Positions 48,401 through 59,865 of a DNA stretch of 64,000 bases are shown one piece after another. The position numbers and the translations under genes are program-made. The notes under the pieces are model-generated. The model worked only from the letters and a program-made list of their open reading frames with translations. It was not told the DNA's origin and did not search any database. Every line of letters starts with the position of its first letter. Within the stretch, counting starts at the first letter, position 1. This DNA comes from Candidatus Altimarinota bacterium. GTDB lineage: Bacteria; Patescibacteriota; Gracilibacteria; CAIRYL01; GCA-016699755. The stretch is from positions 896,001 through 960,000 of the forward strand of contig OY760935.1 in assembly GCA_963664295.1 (NCBI GenBank), given 5' to 3'.

Positions 48401-48520
48401 CCTAGTATTTACAGGTATTTTTTGTGACCAAAAATTTGGCTTTTCTTCTGCATTAGCGAAAAAGGGGCAATAAAACAACAAACTTATTGCCAAAAGCCCT
48501 ATTTTAAAAACTTTTTTCAA
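45431..48520 (-). CDS. Exported N-acetylmuramoyl-L-alanine amidase (Amidase_2) - Ig-like x3 - SpoIID/LytB fusion
   Basis: IHHTA, GWGDIGYHF, GHRD..TACPG; three KNTGNxxW Ig repeats; EDYLKGVAE, ARSYA, FQKY, GHGVGLS..GA. Confidence 0.9.
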   Translation of the reverse strand: MKKVFKIGLLAISLLFYCPFFANAEEKPNFWSQKIPVNTREYIEIEHEFTSFSLEMPIETEVFAQSDQDPLWYEIEADHDHESAFSELYFVQEDTAKKLRIRIDDGNAPDFINVHFYNTSDEINPVFLAGPVRKIGNLEVISRSEWGADEDFRFVDDEVVTEDVSEKEAGGSAYERAKECGVIKDVHPEEFEIDYIKKTDGGKSLRWPYQYSKRIFKVVIHHTAENNVQNGRSPKEVLRGIYSYHANSKGWGDIGYHFIIDPYGNIYEGRAGGDYVIGGHVYCNNVGTIGVSLMGNFQETEPTDAQIKALQKLLPQLALTYELDLTATEEFHGKSLSNLVGHRDLRATACPGENMYSLLPDIRKAIENAEEIIITKSFKYAAELAQKISLLEMSAGDKQEITLKFKNTGNVIWDRSTWLYVFQPRTGGVSVNPAIKGRSYVAAKMNEAKVKPGEVASFDVEIETDYRGGLFTLEFTPVVNSKKINSGSVVQPVEVETPSWGAETEELTLLPEYPYPGKRISGSIKLKNTGNTLWKKDHVSLSVFSGRNREEVVATSDFNVAPGKTGKFNFSLAPYDKPGKQVLFFRLLVDDGNMPGAPTFNQVLEIQDPHIEAGYYGDDKIVTYVETDSKSSLSLKFKNTGNVVWEKEDIELFVYGTGMKSQKIKFKGEQVEPGEEANFTYSFTPEYAGNFKFVFLLRGMSQKIAPTVYWFVVSKDEVPERLKRRNTNEVTSTTSKEKEKSTTSAIEEDIRIRLSFPENEAKISSTGQVEVIADNEKIFTLSAGDTITLKKNGNKIFVDKNARDYLVVKIKPTASNSVLEIENWERYPAWTSDQSINDNRFKGMLEARVYDSKFTIINELSFEDYLKGVAEVASGTHFEKKKVMAILARSYAYFYLQPENTKFAGAPFDGSDSPAEFQKYLGYSFTERAGNWLDAVEETSGLAVKYKDKLVKTPYFTQSDGRTLTPAEANWGWSADYLKSVDDPWCEGMERKGHGVGLSGYGAQKMAEEGKTYEEIIKYYYWGVEIGEI

Positions 48521-48552
48521 GTAAAAATAAATAATTTTGTTTTAATAAAAGA

Positions 48553-48762
48553 TTATTTTTTAACTTTTGCCATTCTTTCTTGGAATTTCTGTACTCTACC
48601 TTCTGTATCCACTAATTTTTGTTTACCAGTAAAAAAAGGATGACATTGTGAACAAATTTCAGTGTGAATTTCCTTCATAGTAGAACCTGTGGTTTTAGTG
48701 GCACCACAAGCGCAAATAATTTTTGCATCATCGTGATATGTTGGGTGAATTCCTTGTTTCAT
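48553..48762 (-). CDS. rpmE: 50S ribosomal protein L31 (Zn-binding type)
   Basis: [28 protein letters not shown]. Confidence 0.97.
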   Translation of the reverse strand: MKQGIHPTYHDDAKIICACGATKTTGSTMKEIHTEICSQCHPFFTGKQKLVDTEGRVQKFQERMAKVKK

Positions 48763-48881
48763 ATTCTCAAACTAAAGCCAGAAGATTTTGCCAAAAAAAT
48801 TAAAAAAAAGCAAATCTTTTTCAAAAAATTTGACTTTCTGCGCAAATAATTGCAGACTTATTTAGAATTATTCTGATTATT

Positions 48882-50402
48882 ATGCGACTTAAACGAAAGA
48901 ATAAATTACTCCCTTTAGTCGTTCTTCTGGGGTCAATAGGCATTATTGCCGGCGGTGTTTTTGCTTTCTCACTGTTTTTTTCAGCTGATGATGGCGTTGC
49001 CCGCACTGCAAACCTAAGCTCTAGCGACGAAACAAGGGCAGAAGTAAAACTTTCTGGAGAACAATCTTGGAACGAGGTTATTGATATAGCTCTTTACGAA
49101 GGAGACACTGTGCGTAGCAAAAGCTCAAATTCAATCAAAATCACTTTTCACGATAATACTGTTGTTTACTTAGACAAAAATACCAATGTTTTAATCAAAA
49201 AAGCCCGAGGTTATGAAGACAATTCAACCTTAGTGGAAATTGATGTTGAACAAGGAAGAATTTGGGTCTCTGTTGAGCGCAAACTTAATCCTTTGTCCAA
49301 AGTTGTTGTCAATTCTCCATTAACAAATTTACAAGCAGAAACAAGTCATGCGGAATTTTCTTTTTCACAGGGGCAAGTTGCTGTAATTGAAGGAAACAAA
49401 GTTTTTGTTTCTATTCCTTCAAACAGCAAAGATGTAGCCAGCTTTTCTCGCTCTTTAGGTGCTGGTCAAATGCTTTCTCTGACCAACGAAGATCTTGAAA
49501 AAATTAAAAAAGGCTTTGAAGGACCACTAGAAGAAATGATTTCAGAAAAATTTATAAGTTCTGACTGGTACAAAATGCACAAAGAAAACAAACTAGTTAT
49601 CACTGAGGAAGATGAAAGTGATGCTGATACTGAGGCCGAAACTGACGATAATGAAACTACAACAGAAGAAGACGAGGACAATACTCCTGCAATAGCAGGT
49701 GAATTAAAAATAACTTCACCCAATAATGGCATTGATTACACATCTAAAACAACAGAAATTACCCTCGAAGGCACAGCAAGCTCAGATGTTGCCAAAGTTA
49801 TTGTTGATGATTGGGAATTGCAAAAATTTGAACAAGGAAACACAACTTGGAGCTATAAAATCTCTCAACAATTTGATAACCATGGCAAGCCAGGAGAAAA
49901 AATCACTTATCTTGCAGAAGCTTTTGATAAAAATGGCAAATTAGTGGCAACTGACTCCATTGCAATCACATTTGATTATGATGAAGAAGATTTAGAAAAC
50001 TTAGAAGAAGAAACCACAGAAGAAAACGAGGAACTCGAAGAAGGCACCGTGGAAAATGCAAACTTTAAAATCACAGATCCAAGCACAGAAGATACCTATA
50101 AAACATCTGATGCAGAAATCATAGTCAAAGGCATAGCCCCAACAAATACAGCAAAAATCACTGTATCAGATTACAAGCTTCAAGCCTATCAAGCAGGTGC
50201 AGGTGAGTGGTCATACAAAATCAAAGAAGATTTTGGCAACAGGCCAGAAGCTGGCTCAAGCCTAACTTACACTGCTCGTGCATATGATGCAGACGACAAA
50301 CTGATCGGCTCTGACTCTATTACAATTGAAATAGAAGAAGGCACTACTAATAGCACAGAAGAAACTCCTACCACTAGTGTTTCTGGCGAAATTTCCAGAT
50401 AA
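48882..50402 (+). CDS. FecR-domain membrane protein with two Ig-like repeats
   Basis: N-terminal TM; LYEGDTVRS..FHDNTVVYLDKNT..GRIWV; repeats ELQKFEQGNTTWSYKI / KLQAYQAGAGEWSYKI. Confidence 0.78.
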   Translation: MRLKRKNKLLPLVVLLGSIGIIAGGVFAFSLFFSADDGVARTANLSSSDETRAEVKLSGEQSWNEVIDIALYEGDTVRSKSSNSIKITFHDNTVVYLDKNTNVLIKKARGYEDNSTLVEIDVEQGRIWVSVERKLNPLSKVVVNSPLTNLQAETSHAEFSFSQGQVAVIEGNKVFVSIPSNSKDVASFSRSLGAGQMLSLTNEDLEKIKKGFEGPLEEMISEKFISSDWYKMHKENKLVITEEDESDADTEAETDDNETTTEEDEDNTPAIAGELKITSPNNGIDYTSKTTEITLEGTASSDVAKVIVDDWELQKFEQGNTTWSYKISQQFDNHGKPGEKITYLAEAFDKNGKLVATDSIAITFDYDEEDLENLEEETTEENEELEEGTVENANFKITDPSTEDTYKTSDAEIIVKGIAPTNTAKITVSDYKLQAYQAGAGEWSYKIKEDFGNRPEAGSSLTYTARAYDADDKLIGSDSITIEIEEGTTNSTEETPTTSVSGEISR

Positions 50403-50405
50403 ATC

Positions 50406-52490
<2,085 letters not shown>

Positions 52491-52549
52491 CTAAATTTTA
52501 ACACAAAAAAATATTAAATATTCTATTAAATTTTAATTTAATAGACCTA

Positions 52550-52604
52550 CCCTTCCGGCACTTTAATTTTTTGTTTATAAATTCTTTGCGAATAATGCCG
52601 TTAA
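52550..52604. repeat. Intergenic structured repeat, copy 2
   Basis: Same orientation and conserved blocks as 45294..45347. Confidence 0.85.
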
Positions 52605-52741
52605 GAAAATTCAGTCATTATTTGCAACCACAATTAAACAAATTTATAATCCATACTAAGCCAGCTTCCCAAAAAATAATTTCAAGGATCCTAGGGCTTG
52701 AAAAAGCATTTTTTAGAAAATTCAAATTTTAATATACTTTT

Positions 52742-53113
52742 TTACGAAGCTAAAGCCAATTTGGCTTCATCAATCGTAAAATGAGTTTCAATAATCTTAG
52801 TCACCCCCACAACCTCAAGAATGTCCAAAACATTCTCAGGAATTCTTGCAAGTACCATTTTTCCACCTTTTTCTGTAATTTTGCGGAAAAAATCCAAAAA
52901 ATAACCAATACCTTTAGAGTTAATAAAGGCAACATTTTGAAAATCAATCAAATAACTAGTTCCTTCAGGATTTTCGTCAATTTTTTGATAAAAAATCTCA
53001 GCAATACGATCAACATTAGCCTCGTCCAAATGCCCATTAATTTCAACTAACTGAATCTTATCTTCAGGACCTTGCACTGTAATTGCCTCTGCTGTTAGGG
53101 TTGTTTCCGCCAT
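52742..53113 (-). CDS. STAS-domain anti-sigma factor antagonist
   Basis: INGHLD, IDFQNVAFINSKGIG, VLDILEVVG. Confidence 0.9.
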   Translation of the reverse strand: MAETTLTAEAITVQGPEDKIQLVEINGHLDEANVDRIAEIFYQKIDENPEGTSYLIDFQNVAFINSKGIGYFLDFFRKITEKGGKMVLARIPENVLDILEVVGVTKIIETHFTIDEAKLALAS

Positions 53114-53125
53114 TTTTAACTAAAA

Positions 53126-53626
53126 TTAAATATTATCTTGATTATTAAAGTACTTAATTACTCTTGTTCTAACTCCGCCACTTTCTAAATCTTCAAAATG
53201 AATTTCGTCGGTTAATGGAGCAACAATATGAGAAAGACCTCTACCTCTAATTGTTAATAATTGAGTAGGATCCATTGCTCTTTTTTCTGCCAACAATTTA
53301 TTTAATTGTTCTGCTGTTTTTGGTTCTGGGCCTGTGCCAGTATCTTCAACAGCAACCTCAATTTTATAATTTTTTGTAATAGAAAACCAAAGAGTAATGT
53401 CTTTTCCTGCGCTAGAACCATGCTCAATAGCATTATTACAAAGCTCATCTACAACACTTTGAAAACGAAAAGCCCATTGATCTGTAAATCCGCTCATATT
53501 TTTAATAGCATCTAAGGTAAAATCTCTAATACCAGACATAAAATATGCATTTGTTGGGAAAATAATGGTTATTTTCGTTGGTTGGTTTTCGCTCGGATTT
53601 TGTATTGGCTCTGTATTTAGCTCCAT
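53126..53626 (-). CDS. RsbW/SpoIIAB-like anti-sigma Ser kinase (HATPase_c_2)
   Basis: DELCNNAIEHG, VEDTGTG, RGRGL; adjacent to STAS gene. Confidence 0.88.
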   Translation of the reverse strand: MELNTEPIQNPSENQPTKITIIFPTNAYFMSGIRDFTLDAIKNMSGFTDQWAFRFQSVVDELCNNAIEHGSSAGKDITLWFSITKNYKIEVAVEDTGTGPEPKTAEQLNKLLAEKRAMDPTQLLTIRGRGLSHIVAPLTDEIHFEDLESGGVRTRVIKYFNNQDNI

Positions 53627-53691
53627 TTTTATCAATTTATCACAAAATTATACCACAATATTTCAATAAAAACAAGCATTTAACCCTAAAT

Positions 53692-53715
53692 AAAAACCCG
53701 CCTTGTATAGGCGGG
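53692..53715 (-). terminator. Rho-independent terminator after rpsJ
   Basis: Minus strand CCCGCCT-ATACA-AGGCGGG-TTTTT. Confidence 0.85.
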
Positions 53716-53744
53716 CTTAATTGCGAATAAATAAATTATAAATC

Positions 53745-54065
53745 TTATCCTAACATTTTAATCTCTACCTCAACACCTGCTGGCAAAGAAAGATTTTGCA
53801 AAGCATCAATAGTCTGAGGAGTGGTTTCTGTAAAATCTATAAGTCTTTTATGGGTACGAATTTCAAACTGCTCTCTAGAATCCTTGTGAACAAAAGTAGA
53901 TTTATTCAAAGTCAATTTTTTAATCTTTACCGGTAGAGGCACAGGACCTGCAACAAGTGCGCCTGTTCTCTCTGCACTTTCAATAATTGTTTTTGCCGCT
54001 TCATCAAGGACCGTATGATCAAAAGATATAAGCGTAATTCTAATTTTCTGACTAACAGCGTTCAT
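53745..54065 (-). CDS. rpsJ: 30S ribosomal protein S10
   Basis: [44 protein letters not shown]. Confidence 0.98.
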   Translation of the reverse strand: MNAVSQKIRITLISFDHTVLDEAAKTIIESAERTGALVAGPVPLPVKIKKLTLNKSTFVHKDSREQFEIRTHKRLIDFTETTPQTIDALQNLSLPAGVEVEIKMLG

Positions 54066-54070
54066 AATAT

Positions 54071-55264
54071 TTATTTAATAATTTTAGTTACAACACCAGC
54101 ACCAACAGTGCGTCCGCCTTCACGAACAGCAAATTTAGTACCTTCATCAAGAGCAATAGGACAACCAAGTGTGACATTCATTTTAATATCATCACCAGGC
54201 ATAACCATTTCAACACCATCAGGCAATTGAATCTCACCTGTCACATCTGTTGTACGAATGTAGAATTGTGGTTTATATCCTTTAAAGAATGGAGTGTGGC
54301 GTCCACCTTCCTCTTTAGAAAGAACATAAATCTGAGCTTCAAATTCAGTATGAGGAGTGATTGTTCCTGGTTTTGCAAGAACTTGTCCTCTTTCAATTTC
54401 TTCGCGCTCAATACCGCGTAAAAGAGCACCGATATTATCACCGGCTTGTCCTTGATCAAGCATTTTCTTGAACATTTCAACACCAGTCACAACAACTTTG
54501 CGTGTTTCTTTGATACCAACGATTTCAATTTCATCGTTAACTTTAACAATACCCTGATCAACACGACCTGTGGCAACAGTACCACGACCTTTAATAGAGA
54601 AAACATCCTCAACAGGCATCAAGAATGGTTTATCAAGGTCACGAACTGGCTCAGGAATATAAGAATCAAGATAACCTGCAAGCTCAAGAATAGGAGCAGT
54701 AGCAGCTTCATCGTCTTGATTTTCAATAGCTTTCAAAGCAGAACCACGAACAATAGGTACATCATCACCAGGGAATTCGTATTTACTTAAAAGTTCACGA
54801 ACTTCCATTTCAACAAGATCCAAAAGCTCTGGATCATCAACTTGATCAGTTTTGTTCATGAAAACCACAATCGCAGGCACATTAACCTGACGAGCAAGCA
54901 AAATATGCTCACGAGTTTGTGGCATTGGTCCATCTGCAGCAGATACAACCAAAATAGCACCGTCCATCTGAGCAGCGCCAGTGATCATGTTTTTAACATA
55001 ATCGGCATGTCCTGGACAATCCACGTGTGCGTAGTGTCGTGTTTCAGTCTCATATTCAACATGAGAAGTGTTAATTGTAATACCTCTTGCTTTCTCTTCT
55101 GGAGCATTATCAATTTGTTCAAAGCTTTTAGCAGTGTTCAAACCACCAAATTTCTTTGCCAAAGTCATTGTAATAGCAGCTGTGAGAGTAGTCTTACCAT
55201 GGTCAACGTGACCAATAGTACCAACGTTCACATGAGGTTTATCGCGTGTAAAAACATCAGCCAT
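54071..55264 (-). CDS. tuf: Elongation factor Tu
   Basis: [36 protein letters not shown]. Confidence 0.99.
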   Translation of the reverse strand: MADVFTRDKPHVNVGTIGHVDHGKTTLTAAITMTLAKKFGGLNTAKSFEQIDNAPEEKARGITINTSHVEYETETRHYAHVDCPGHADYVKNMITGAAQMDGAILVVSAADGPMPQTREHILLARQVNVPAIVVFMNKTDQVDDPELLDLVEMEVRELLSKYEFPGDDVPIVRGSALKAIENQDDEAATAPILELAGYLDSYIPEPVRDLDKPFLMPVEDVFSIKGRGTVATGRVDQGIVKVNDEIEIVGIKETRKVVVTGVEMFKKMLDQGQAGDNIGALLRGIEREEIERGQVLAKPGTITPHTEFEAQIYVLSKEEGGRHTPFFKGYKPQFYIRTTDVTGEIQLPDGVEMVMPGDDIKMNVTLGCPIALDEGTKFAVREGGRTVGAGVVTKIIK

Positions 55265-55297
55265 TTTTCGTAAAAAAATCTTAAAAAAAGCTACAGC

Positions 55298-55326
55298 ATT
55301 TTAGCTGTCTATAATGGGAATGTCAA
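55298..55326 (-). promoter_or_regulatory. Sigma70 promoter of tuf-rpsJ
   Basis: TTGACA-N17-TAAAAT on the minus strand. Confidence 0.75.
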
Positions 55327-55366
55327 ACTTTTTTATTATTATACATAATTATTTGCAATAAACTTC

Positions 55367-55395
55367 TTGACAATATTATTATTTTATACTAAAAT
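55367..55395 (+). promoter_or_regulatory. Sigma70 promoter divergent from tuf
   Basis: TTGACA-N17-TAAAAT; the ORF-track TTG start is this -35 box. Confidence 0.75.
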
Positions 55396-55417
55396 CTGTA
55401 TCCTTTCTTATAAAAAT

Positions 55418-57010
55418 ATGTCACCTAAGAAAAAAATTATCACAATTATTATTTTAGCTGTTCTCTTTCTTGCAACGGCCTATGTTTGCTTTTTAAACAA
55501 AGAGCTTGTTTACAAGATAGAATTTGCCAATAACACTGAAAACTCTGACACGAAAATAACTGGTTTAGTAGAAAAATTTGAAATTACTGAAAAAAATGAC
55601 ACTCTATATAAAGTGAGCAATTGGACAATGGTAAATGATGAAGTTGAGATTAAAATAAAAGCACCGAAAAATATTGAAGAATTTACCAATTTAACAATTG
55701 CAACTAGTTTTCAAAATTTTGATAACCCAACTTTAGAGGCAGGAATAAAAAAAGAGGTCGACATAAGTGTTGGCGAGCCTGTTTATGATTGGCAATATTC
55801 TTTTTTAGACAATCAATATCTCAATGAGTTTCAAAAATATATGGGAAAAGGCTGGTCTTCGCTCATGGATGCAGAAAAAGGCTTAATGCTTTTTCAAAAA
55901 CAACATAATTACGAAACAATAGAAGATTTTCTTACAAATCCACCAAAAAAACTAGAAACAACAACAGTGCAAACTGATGATTTTGGAAATAAAAAATTAG
56001 TTAAAAAAGATATAGCCCAAACAGCAACTGTAAATTATAAATTAAACCAAAAAATTGATCCCAACAGCCTTATTACTGAACTTACCGAAGAAGAACTAAT
56101 AACAAAAAATATTCTTAATGCTAGAAAAAATTTCACCAATATCAATCAATCCTTTCGTGGTGGATTTTTTCTCTATACCTACTTTGACAATACGAAACAG
56201 AAAAACCTTGAACTAAGCTTTTTAAAGCAAGATTTAAACTTCAAAAGCAACGAAGATCTTTATGAAATCAAAGTTTACAATGAGGAAGACGACTTGGTTT
56301 ACTACACAGTTCTAGATGATGATGGAATTGTGGATAATTCGGAGGTAATCAACATCCAAGCCTACAAACAAACAATTCCTCTAAAAGAGACTGGGGCATA
56401 TATTGTTAAATTTTCAAATCCAACCTATGACAGCATGATTCGCAATATCAACATCAACTCAGACAAAGTCATGCTTAATGATTTTGCTTCTATCGACTTT
56501 GAAGGATTTGGCGTACGCAACCTGATCACAAAGCCCATGAACCTTTTTGCAATGAAAGGGTTTATAACAATCTACCCAGAGCACTCCAACGCAAGTCAAG
56601 ATGTGGTTATTAACGGTCTTGTTTATAATGTAGATTATGCAAACAGAAGCCTAACTGGGGCTTTTAACCTTGAAGCAGAAATTAATGAAATCACAACTAG
56701 CAAAAATGACGCTCGCATTTATCACAATGATAATCCTGTAGCCGTAGAAAAAGAGGGTTTATTTGAAATTAATCCCAACGCAACAGTTGACTTTAAGCCA
56801 ATTGGGGATGTTAATGTAAATTATGTAATAGCCAAATATCAAACACCTGAAATTGACGGCGAACAACAATACAACAAAACAATTTTTGATATGGAAAATA
56901 TTTATGTCGATGAAGATGGCTACATAAACTTAAGACTAAGAGCCAATGGCCTTACAGGTTATGGCAATGAAATTACCATCAATTCTCTTGAAGTTAAATT
57001 AAGTAAATAA
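55418..57010 (+). CDS. Membrane-anchored extracellular hypothetical protein
   Basis: MSPKKK plus TM helix, then beta-rich domains; stop overlaps next ATG. Confidence 0.7.
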   Translation: MSPKKKIITIIILAVLFLATAYVCFLNKELVYKIEFANNTENSDTKITGLVEKFEITEKNDTLYKVSNWTMVNDEVEIKIKAPKNIEEFTNLTIATSFQNFDNPTLEAGIKKEVDISVGEPVYDWQYSFLDNQYLNEFQKYMGKGWSSLMDAEKGLMLFQKQHNYETIEDFLTNPPKKLETTTVQTDDFGNKKLVKKDIAQTATVNYKLNQKIDPNSLITELTEEELITKNILNARKNFTNINQSFRGGFFLYTYFDNTKQKNLELSFLKQDLNFKSNEDLYEIKVYNEEDDLVYYTVLDDDGIVDNSEVINIQAYKQTIPLKETGAYIVKFSNPTYDSMIRNININSDKVMLNDFASIDFEGFGVRNLITKPMNLFAMKGFITIYPEHSNASQDVVINGLVYNVDYANRSLTGAFNLEAEINEITTSKNDARIYHNDNPVAVEKEGLFEINPNATVDFKPIGDVNVNYVIAKYQTPEIDGEQQYNKTIFDMENIYVDEDGYINLRLRANGLTGYGNEITINSLEVKLSK

Positions 57011-58884
57011 TGCTTATTTTTATTCCCGCAATTTTGGCCTTATTGCTAAAGAATGTCTTTTTCATAGGCATTCTTTTGCTCTTAACAATACTAAGCTATG
57101 AATACTTTCACGCTCAAGCTAATAAAAAAACATTTCAATTCGCAAAATTTATCTTTTTGTTAGGTGGTTTTGTGTTAGTAGTCAGCAATATTTGTTCATT
57201 TTTTATAGAATTTGGATACGAAGCAAAAGAGCCTTTTATAAAAATTTTTTCTTTTTTAGACTTAATTAAACTAAAAATTTTAATTTTAGTGCTTTTTTCT
57301 GCTTTTATTGCTTGGCGCAATGCAGACAAAAAAACAGGTTTTAATATTAAGTTAAATAAAACTCAATTTTATATTATTTTTGGAACTATTTTATTGATTG
57401 GTTTTTTTCTCAGAACATGGAACTTAAACGACCTTGCCCCTTTTAAAGATGAATTTAGTCATCTTCTTAGTCCTCGCAACATACACAATGGCAACCCCAT
57501 GTTTGAAATGAGAGGCTATTTCATTAACTATCTTAATTTAGCTTTATTTAAATTATTTAATATTGATCCCAACAATCTTTTTGCTGATTACACAAAGGTT
57601 TTATTTTTAATCAGAATGCCTTCTGTAGTCGTTGGCACTATTACTATTTTTATTTTTTATAAAATTGGCAATAAATATAATCAATTAACTGGCTTAATTT
57701 TAGCTTTTTTATTGGCAATTTTCCCATTACACATCGCATTAAGCAAAATGAGTCGCGAATATGTATGGTTTTTTCTAATTTTTGCTCTCGATATTCTTTT
57801 CGCACAAAAAATACTTAAAGAATTACCAAAAACTAAAGAAATTAAAAATTTAATCAAAAAAAATAAGGCAATAATGGCATTTTTTCTTATACAAGTAATA
57901 GATGCATTTTTAATAGAACCTGATTCGACCTTAAAATTAATTGTTTTTATGTTTGGTAGTTTGTTTTTAGTGGCCAGCTCTTTTTATTATTATCGCAATC
58001 CCAAAAAAATATTCAGCAAAAATAGCTTATCTATAATAATTACAGCTATTTTAAGCCTGACTTTGCTTATTTATAAATTTCACAACCATATTGGTTTTGA
58101 CTTTAGTCAACGCTATTTCGATATTATGACAAACGCAAATCAAAGCCATTTTTTTGCTAATTATTTTGCGCTATTTCCACTATTTTTTATTATTATTTCC
58201 TTAGCTGGCTTTATATTAAGCTATAAACAAAATAAGACCAAAAAATTAACAGTGTCTTTTTTTGCTATATTTTTAATTAGCAATCTTGTCTTTTTTGCTT
58301 ATCTTTTTAATCGTTACATACAAATTCGCTACACCTACACATTTTTTATTCCTTATTTAATTTTGATAAGCACTGGATTTTACACAATTTTTTATTTTTT
58401 AAAAAAATACCTTAATATTCCTGTTTTTATCACAGGAATATTAACATTTTTTACATTATTAAGCCCTTACAACATAATATATGCAGGCAAATTCAACGAA
58501 AACAACGCTTGGAGCAGGGTCACCGAACACTACAATCAAGAAATAACAAGTTTTTTAGGATTTTTTATAGAACAAAAAATCGCACAAGAAACACCAGTAA
58601 TAACAAGTTATCCCAATATGATTGGTGCTTTCACAAAGGCTGAAAATATTTTATTTTACGACATCAAAACAGGCGAAAAGCGTTTTGATTTAATACACAA
58701 CACAATACAGAACTATGATCAAGGCTGGATCGTTCTTGATTGGCGCAGAAATGGTCTTTGGGCAAAAGGTTTGCCAAAAAAAGATTTCTATACCAACGGC
58801 ATATATGTTGAAAAAGTCACAGAAGTGGACAAATTCACTGTTTATAGATGGAATAAAAACATTGACCTCAAAACCAGTCAATAA
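57010..58884 (+). CDS. GT-C fold glycosyltransferase (ArnT/PMT_2-like)
   Basis: Multiple TM helices; GFFLRTWNL..PFKDEF, RMPSVVVG, SKMSREY. Confidence 0.78.
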   Translation: MLIFIPAILALLLKNVFFIGILLLLTILSYEYFHAQANKKTFQFAKFIFLLGGFVLVVSNICSFFIEFGYEAKEPFIKIFSFLDLIKLKILILVLFSAFIAWRNADKKTGFNIKLNKTQFYIIFGTILLIGFFLRTWNLNDLAPFKDEFSHLLSPRNIHNGNPMFEMRGYFINYLNLALFKLFNIDPNNLFADYTKVLFLIRMPSVVVGTITIFIFYKIGNKYNQLTGLILAFLLAIFPLHIALSKMSREYVWFFLIFALDILFAQKILKELPKTKEIKNLIKKNKAIMAFFLIQVIDAFLIEPDSTLKLIVFMFGSLFLVASSFYYYRNPKKIFSKNSLSIIITAILSLTLLIYKFHNHIGFDFSQRYFDIMTNANQSHFFANYFALFPLFFIIISLAGFILSYKQNKTKKLTVSFFAIFLISNLVFFAYLFNRYIQIRYTYTFFIPYLILISTGFYTIFYFLKKYLNIPVFITGILTFFTLLSPYNIIYAGKFNENNAWSRVTEHYNQEITSFLGFFIEQKIAQETPVITSYPNMIGAFTKAENILFYDIKTGEKRFDLIHNTIQNYDQGWIVLDWRRNGLWAKGLPKKDFYTNGIYVEKVTEVDKFTVYRWNKNIDLKTSQ

Positions 58885-58914
58885 AATAGTTACCATTCTT
58901 TATTGTCACAAAAC

Positions 58915-59865
58915 TTAATTCTTAAGTTTTTTTGTTTTATAAAATAAAAAAATCAATCCACCAAATAAACTATTAAAAATCACCAAAATAAATTGAGTAA
59001 TTTGCACAGTCAAAATATCAACAGTTAAAATCCCAACCAAAGGATAAAAAGTGATACCTGCCCACTCTCGCACGCCAATGCCATTAAAAGAAATTGGCAA
59101 AAACATCAATAAAATAATAATTGGATGAACAACAAAAAACAAAAAAGCAGGAATATAAATTCCCAGCGATTTTGCCACACAAATCATAATCAATATATTT
59201 AAGAAATTAAAAACAACAGAAAACAAAAATGCCAACAAAAAAAGCTTTTTATTAGAACCTGTGCTTGCAAAAGAATTTAAAACTTGCTCAATAGTAATAA
59301 AACGCTTACCTAAAACTCTTTCTAGAAATAATTTTAAAAAATTAAACTTTTGTGAAATTAAATAAAAAATAACAACTAAAAAGAAAAGGCTATACAAAAT
59401 CCATAAAATTGGCTCAATCGCAGTATTGCGGAAAAAAGAAAATTTAAATAAATAAAAAAACAAAGAAATAAAAATTAAGGAAACAACCCCCATAATGCGC
59501 TCAACTAAGATAGAAGTTGTTGTGTCCAATTTTTTTCCTGTTTCTTTGTACAAATAAACTCCTCTCATGGCGTCTCCTCCAATAGAACCCAGCAAAAACA
59601 TATTAAAAAATATACCAATATAATAAATCTGAAATGCCCGCCAAAAACTCAGGCTAACTCCTTGGTTTCTAAGTAAAAATATCCACCTAAAAGAAGAGGT
59701 CGCAACTGCAAAAATGGCTACTAAAAACCCAAATAAAAGCCAGTTAATATTTGTTTTTGCAATATTTTGCAAAATTGGCTGAATATCTATTTTTTGAAAC
59801 AAAAAATAAATCAAAACAACTGCAATTGCTAATCTAAAAATAATTTTTAAGTTTTTATTTTTCAT
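58915..59865 (-). CDS. Lysylphosphatidylglycerol-synthase TM / flippase-like membrane protein (UPF0104)
   Basis: RWIFLL, FFNMFLLGSIGGD, VER, PISFNGIGVRE. Confidence 0.85.
   Translation of the reverse strand: MKNKNLKIIFRLAIAVVLIYFLFQKIDIQPILQNIAKTNINWLLFGFLVAIFAVATSSFRWIFLLRNQGVSLSFWRAFQIYYIGIFFNMFLLGSIGGDAMRGVYLYKETGKKLDTTTSILVERIMGVVSLIFISLFFYLFKFSFFRNTAIEPILWILYSLFFLVVIFYLISQKFNFLKLFLERVLGKRFITIEQVLNSFASTGSNKKLFLLAFLFSVVFNFLNILIMICVAKSLGIYIPAFLFFVVHPIIILLMFLPISFNGIGVREWAGITFYPLVGILTVDILTVQITQFILVIFNSLFGGLIFLFYKTKKLKN

Noticed and set aside
52500-52620. Small peptide (NGIIRKE) encoded by the repeat on the minus strand
   Set aside because: A 1-nt indel between copies breaks the shared frame, and copy 2 has in-frame stops just upstream with no start codon
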